A DNA stretch of 64,000 bases from a bacterium (GTDB lineage: Bacteria; UBA8248): positions 1,568,001 to 1,632,000 of the forward strand of contig OY843592.1 of NCBI GenBank assembly GCA_963692865.2, written 5' to 3'. The notes beneath the pieces are model-generated. The model had not been told where the DNA came from. It saw only the letters and a list, made by a program, of their open reading frames with translations, and did not search any database. This document shows positions 61,991 to 64,000 of this stretch, in pieces. Both the position numbers and the translations under genes were made by a program. Position 1 is the stretch's first letter. Each line of letters begins with the position of its first letter.

Positions 61991-62760
61991 GTAGGGACAG
62001 GCCCCCGCGCCTGTCCGATGTCGGGGTGAATACAATGGACGGGCGGGCACGGTCGAACATCCCTCCTCGGAAAGCTCGACGCCCCTACGGGTTCGATTCG
62101 AGACGCGGGAGATGCGTAGGGGTGCCCCCCCGTGGTCGCCCGATTGGCTGTGCATGAAACCGATTCGTGAGAAAGGAGACTTCACTCCCCCCTTGAGGGT
62201 TGGGCTTCCCGAGGGGAAAGCCCAACGAAGAGGCCGATCCCTTGGGCGAAGGCCGATTCGGTGGGGGGACATGCCACAGAAAAATCCCCCCCCACCAGCG
62301 CGACTTCGGGCTTCGCCCTCGTCTTGCTGACTCCCCCTCAAGGGGGGAGTGGATTTGAAATTTTCCTCGGTGGGGAGAGATTTTCGTAGGGGCCGCCGGT
62401 CGGGATTGACCCACCGCGCGGCATCGGGCTTCGCAGAACGCTTGACGCCCTCATCCCGAGCAAGCATCCCGAACCCTCATCCTGAGTAGGCGCCTACGCG
62501 CCTACTCAGGGTGAGGAAGGTGGGGGGACGGCGGAGTAGGGACAGGTCGCGACCTTGGGCCGTTCTCAAAAACGGCCCCCCACAAGAGGCGATACGGTTT
62601 TGTTCGTCATTCCGGCGAAAGCCGGAATCCATTTGCGGATGCGGGTGAATCAACGACGGCGTTTCATTCCCCGCTAATGCGCGGGGACTCTGAAGAAAGG
62701 CAAAAGGCGTAAAATGGATTCCGGCTTTCGCCGGAATGACGGTGGTGGTCAATTCAGATT
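61991..62760. repeat. REP mosaic without flanking TIRs (C, GTAG variants, F, E, C-I-D composite)
   Basis: C at 61991; GTAG hairpins at 62116 and 62386; F at 62184-62350; E at 62475-62516; C-I-D at 62536-62741. Confidence 0.8.
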
Positions 62761-62816
62761 GAGGAGGGACGTTTACAGCCGCCCCCTCCAGGCCCGGTTT
62801 CTACGAGGATAATCAC

Positions 62817-63542
62817 TTGTCGGTTCTCGCGCTTCAGCATGTGGACGTGGAGAGGCTCTCGCTGCTCGAAGAGGTGCTCGCGCAGAAGGGCATTCCCGCG
62901 CGCTACCTGGCCCTCCACAAGGGGGAGCGTCTCCCGGATTCCGTGGAGGACCTGGAAGACGCGAAAGCGGTCGTCGTCCTGGGCGGGCCGATGGGCGTTT
63001 ACGAGGAGGAGAAACATCCCTGGCTGGCCGATGAGATTCGTTTCCTGGGCGATGCGATTCGCGCGGGCGTTCCGGTTTACGGCCTCTGCCTGGGCGCGCA
63101 GTTGATGGCGGCTGCGCTGGGCGCGCGCGTGTATCCGGGAGAGGGGATGAAGGAGATCGGCTGGTTCCCGGTCGATCTGGCGCCGGGGGCGAAAGGAGAC
63201 CCGCTGCTGGGGGATGAGGAGGCGAGCTTCCCGGTCTTCCAGTGGCACGGGGATACGTTCGATATTCCCGAGGGCGCCGTTCATCTGGCCTCATCCGCGC
63301 GCTACCCCAACCAGGCTTTCAGGTGGGGCGAGCGCGCCTACGCCTTTCAGTTCCACCTGGAGATTGGGCTTGAGGACATATCCAAATGGCTGGTCGCGTT
63401 CGAGGACGACATGCGTTCCCCGCGCTCGGACGCGGACGCCGAGGCGATATTACGCGATGCGCCGGGGCATATCGAGGCCTTGAACCGGCGCGCGGCGCGC
63501 TGGTTCGAGCGCTGGCTCGCTCTCGCGGGGCTTGTTGAATAA
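62817..63542 (+). CDS. Type 1 glutamine amidotransferase (GMP-synthase GATase-like)
   Basis: LQH..GGPM..GLCLGAQL..EIGW..FQWHGD..QFHLE. Confidence 0.92.
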   Translation: MSVLALQHVDVERLSLLEEVLAQKGIPARYLALHKGERLPDSVEDLEDAKAVVVLGGPMGVYEEEKHPWLADEIRFLGDAIRAGVPVYGLCLGAQLMAAALGARVYPGEGMKEIGWFPVDLAPGAKGDPLLGDEEASFPVFQWHGDTFDIPEGAVHLASSARYPNQAFRWGERAYAFQFHLEIGLEDISKWLVAFEDDMRSPRSDADAEAILRDAPGHIEALNRRAARWFERWLALAGLVE

Positions 63543-63663
63543 CCCCGCAATACCCACCCTCATCCCGAGTAGGCGCGAAGCGCCGTATCGAGGGAGAGGA
63601 CCGGCTCGGTGCAGCCCTTCGATACGCGGCTTCGCCGCTACTCAGGGTGAGGGTTTGGGGTGT

Positions 63664-63881
63664 GGGGTTGTTGAAACAGTCTACCTCCGAGGAGGGAAAG
63701 AATCCCGATCATCGAATTGTTTACCGTAGGGACAGGCCTCCGTGCCTGTCCTGATGGAGGCCTTCGCCCCGATAAGGACGTAGGACAGGCACGGAGGCCT
63801 GTCCCTACAAAACCATCGCGTCCTCCTACGCCACGTGAACCTCCAGGCCGCCGCTACCGAAACAAGGCTTTTCAACCTCCC
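63664..63881. mobile_element. Degenerate TIR-bounded cassette 7 carrying a family C doublet
   Basis: GGGGTTGTTGAAACAG...GCTTTTCAACCTCCC; C doublet at 63727-63808. Confidence 0.5.
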
Positions 63882-63968
63882 GCCCTTGTCGGCGGGGGAG
63901 CGCTCCCCTAATATGCGACTCCCCGCGGGGGTCATCACATTCCGATTCACGACATAAAGGAACCATTC

Positions 63969-64000
63969 ATGGCGGAACCCATTCGCGGCGAAATCGTCGC
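63969..64000 (+). CDS. 5' fragment of a gene running off the window (MAEPIRGEIV...)
   Basis: AAGGAA RBS then ATG; only 10 codons visible. Confidence 0.45.
   Translation, partial: MAEPIRGEIV

Noticed and set aside
45019-63881. CRISPR array interpretation of the repeats
   Set aside because: The repeats are heterogeneous inverted doublets with irregular, reused linkers. There are no constant direct repeats with unique equal-length spacers and no cas genes.

Overview
High-GC bacterial chromosomal window with two very different halves. Bases 1-43.4 kb are core genome: a Ca2+/Na+ antiporter, a parvulin PPIase, dcd, moaC, PIN/TRAM-ispD-ispF-cysS-rlmB, then an essentially uninterrupted translation/transcription supercluster (tRNA-Thr/Tyr/Gly/Thr-tuf-tRNA-Trp-secE-nusG-rplKAJL-rpoBC-rpsLG-fusA-tuf-S10-spc-alpha). 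The only clear foreign-looking gene there is a low-GC winged-helix-like/PD-(D/E)XK nuclease gene between rlmB and tRNA-Thr. Gene order and RpoB indels suggest a delta-like/Nitrospinota/Tectomicrobia/Methylomirabilota-type lineage (inference only). Bases 43.4-64 kb are accessory metabolism: thioesterase, ald, GntR, class III CoA-transferase, a Na+-pumping acyl-CoA decarboxylase operon, HMG-CoA-lyase-like and enolase-superfamily genes, hpt, Fe-ADH, MocA-like, cyclase, Zn-dehydrogenase, flavin reductase, HAD and GATase. Almost every large spacer in this half is a mosaic of at least eight palindromic REP-like families joined by reused linkers. Many of these mosaics sit between IS-like terminal inverted repeats (GGGG(C/T)TGTTGAAAAA...TTTTTCAACA(G/A)CCCC), and no transposase is present in the window. 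This modular, nested repeat system is the most unusual signal. All calls come from reading the sequence and the ORF track by eye; no searches were run.
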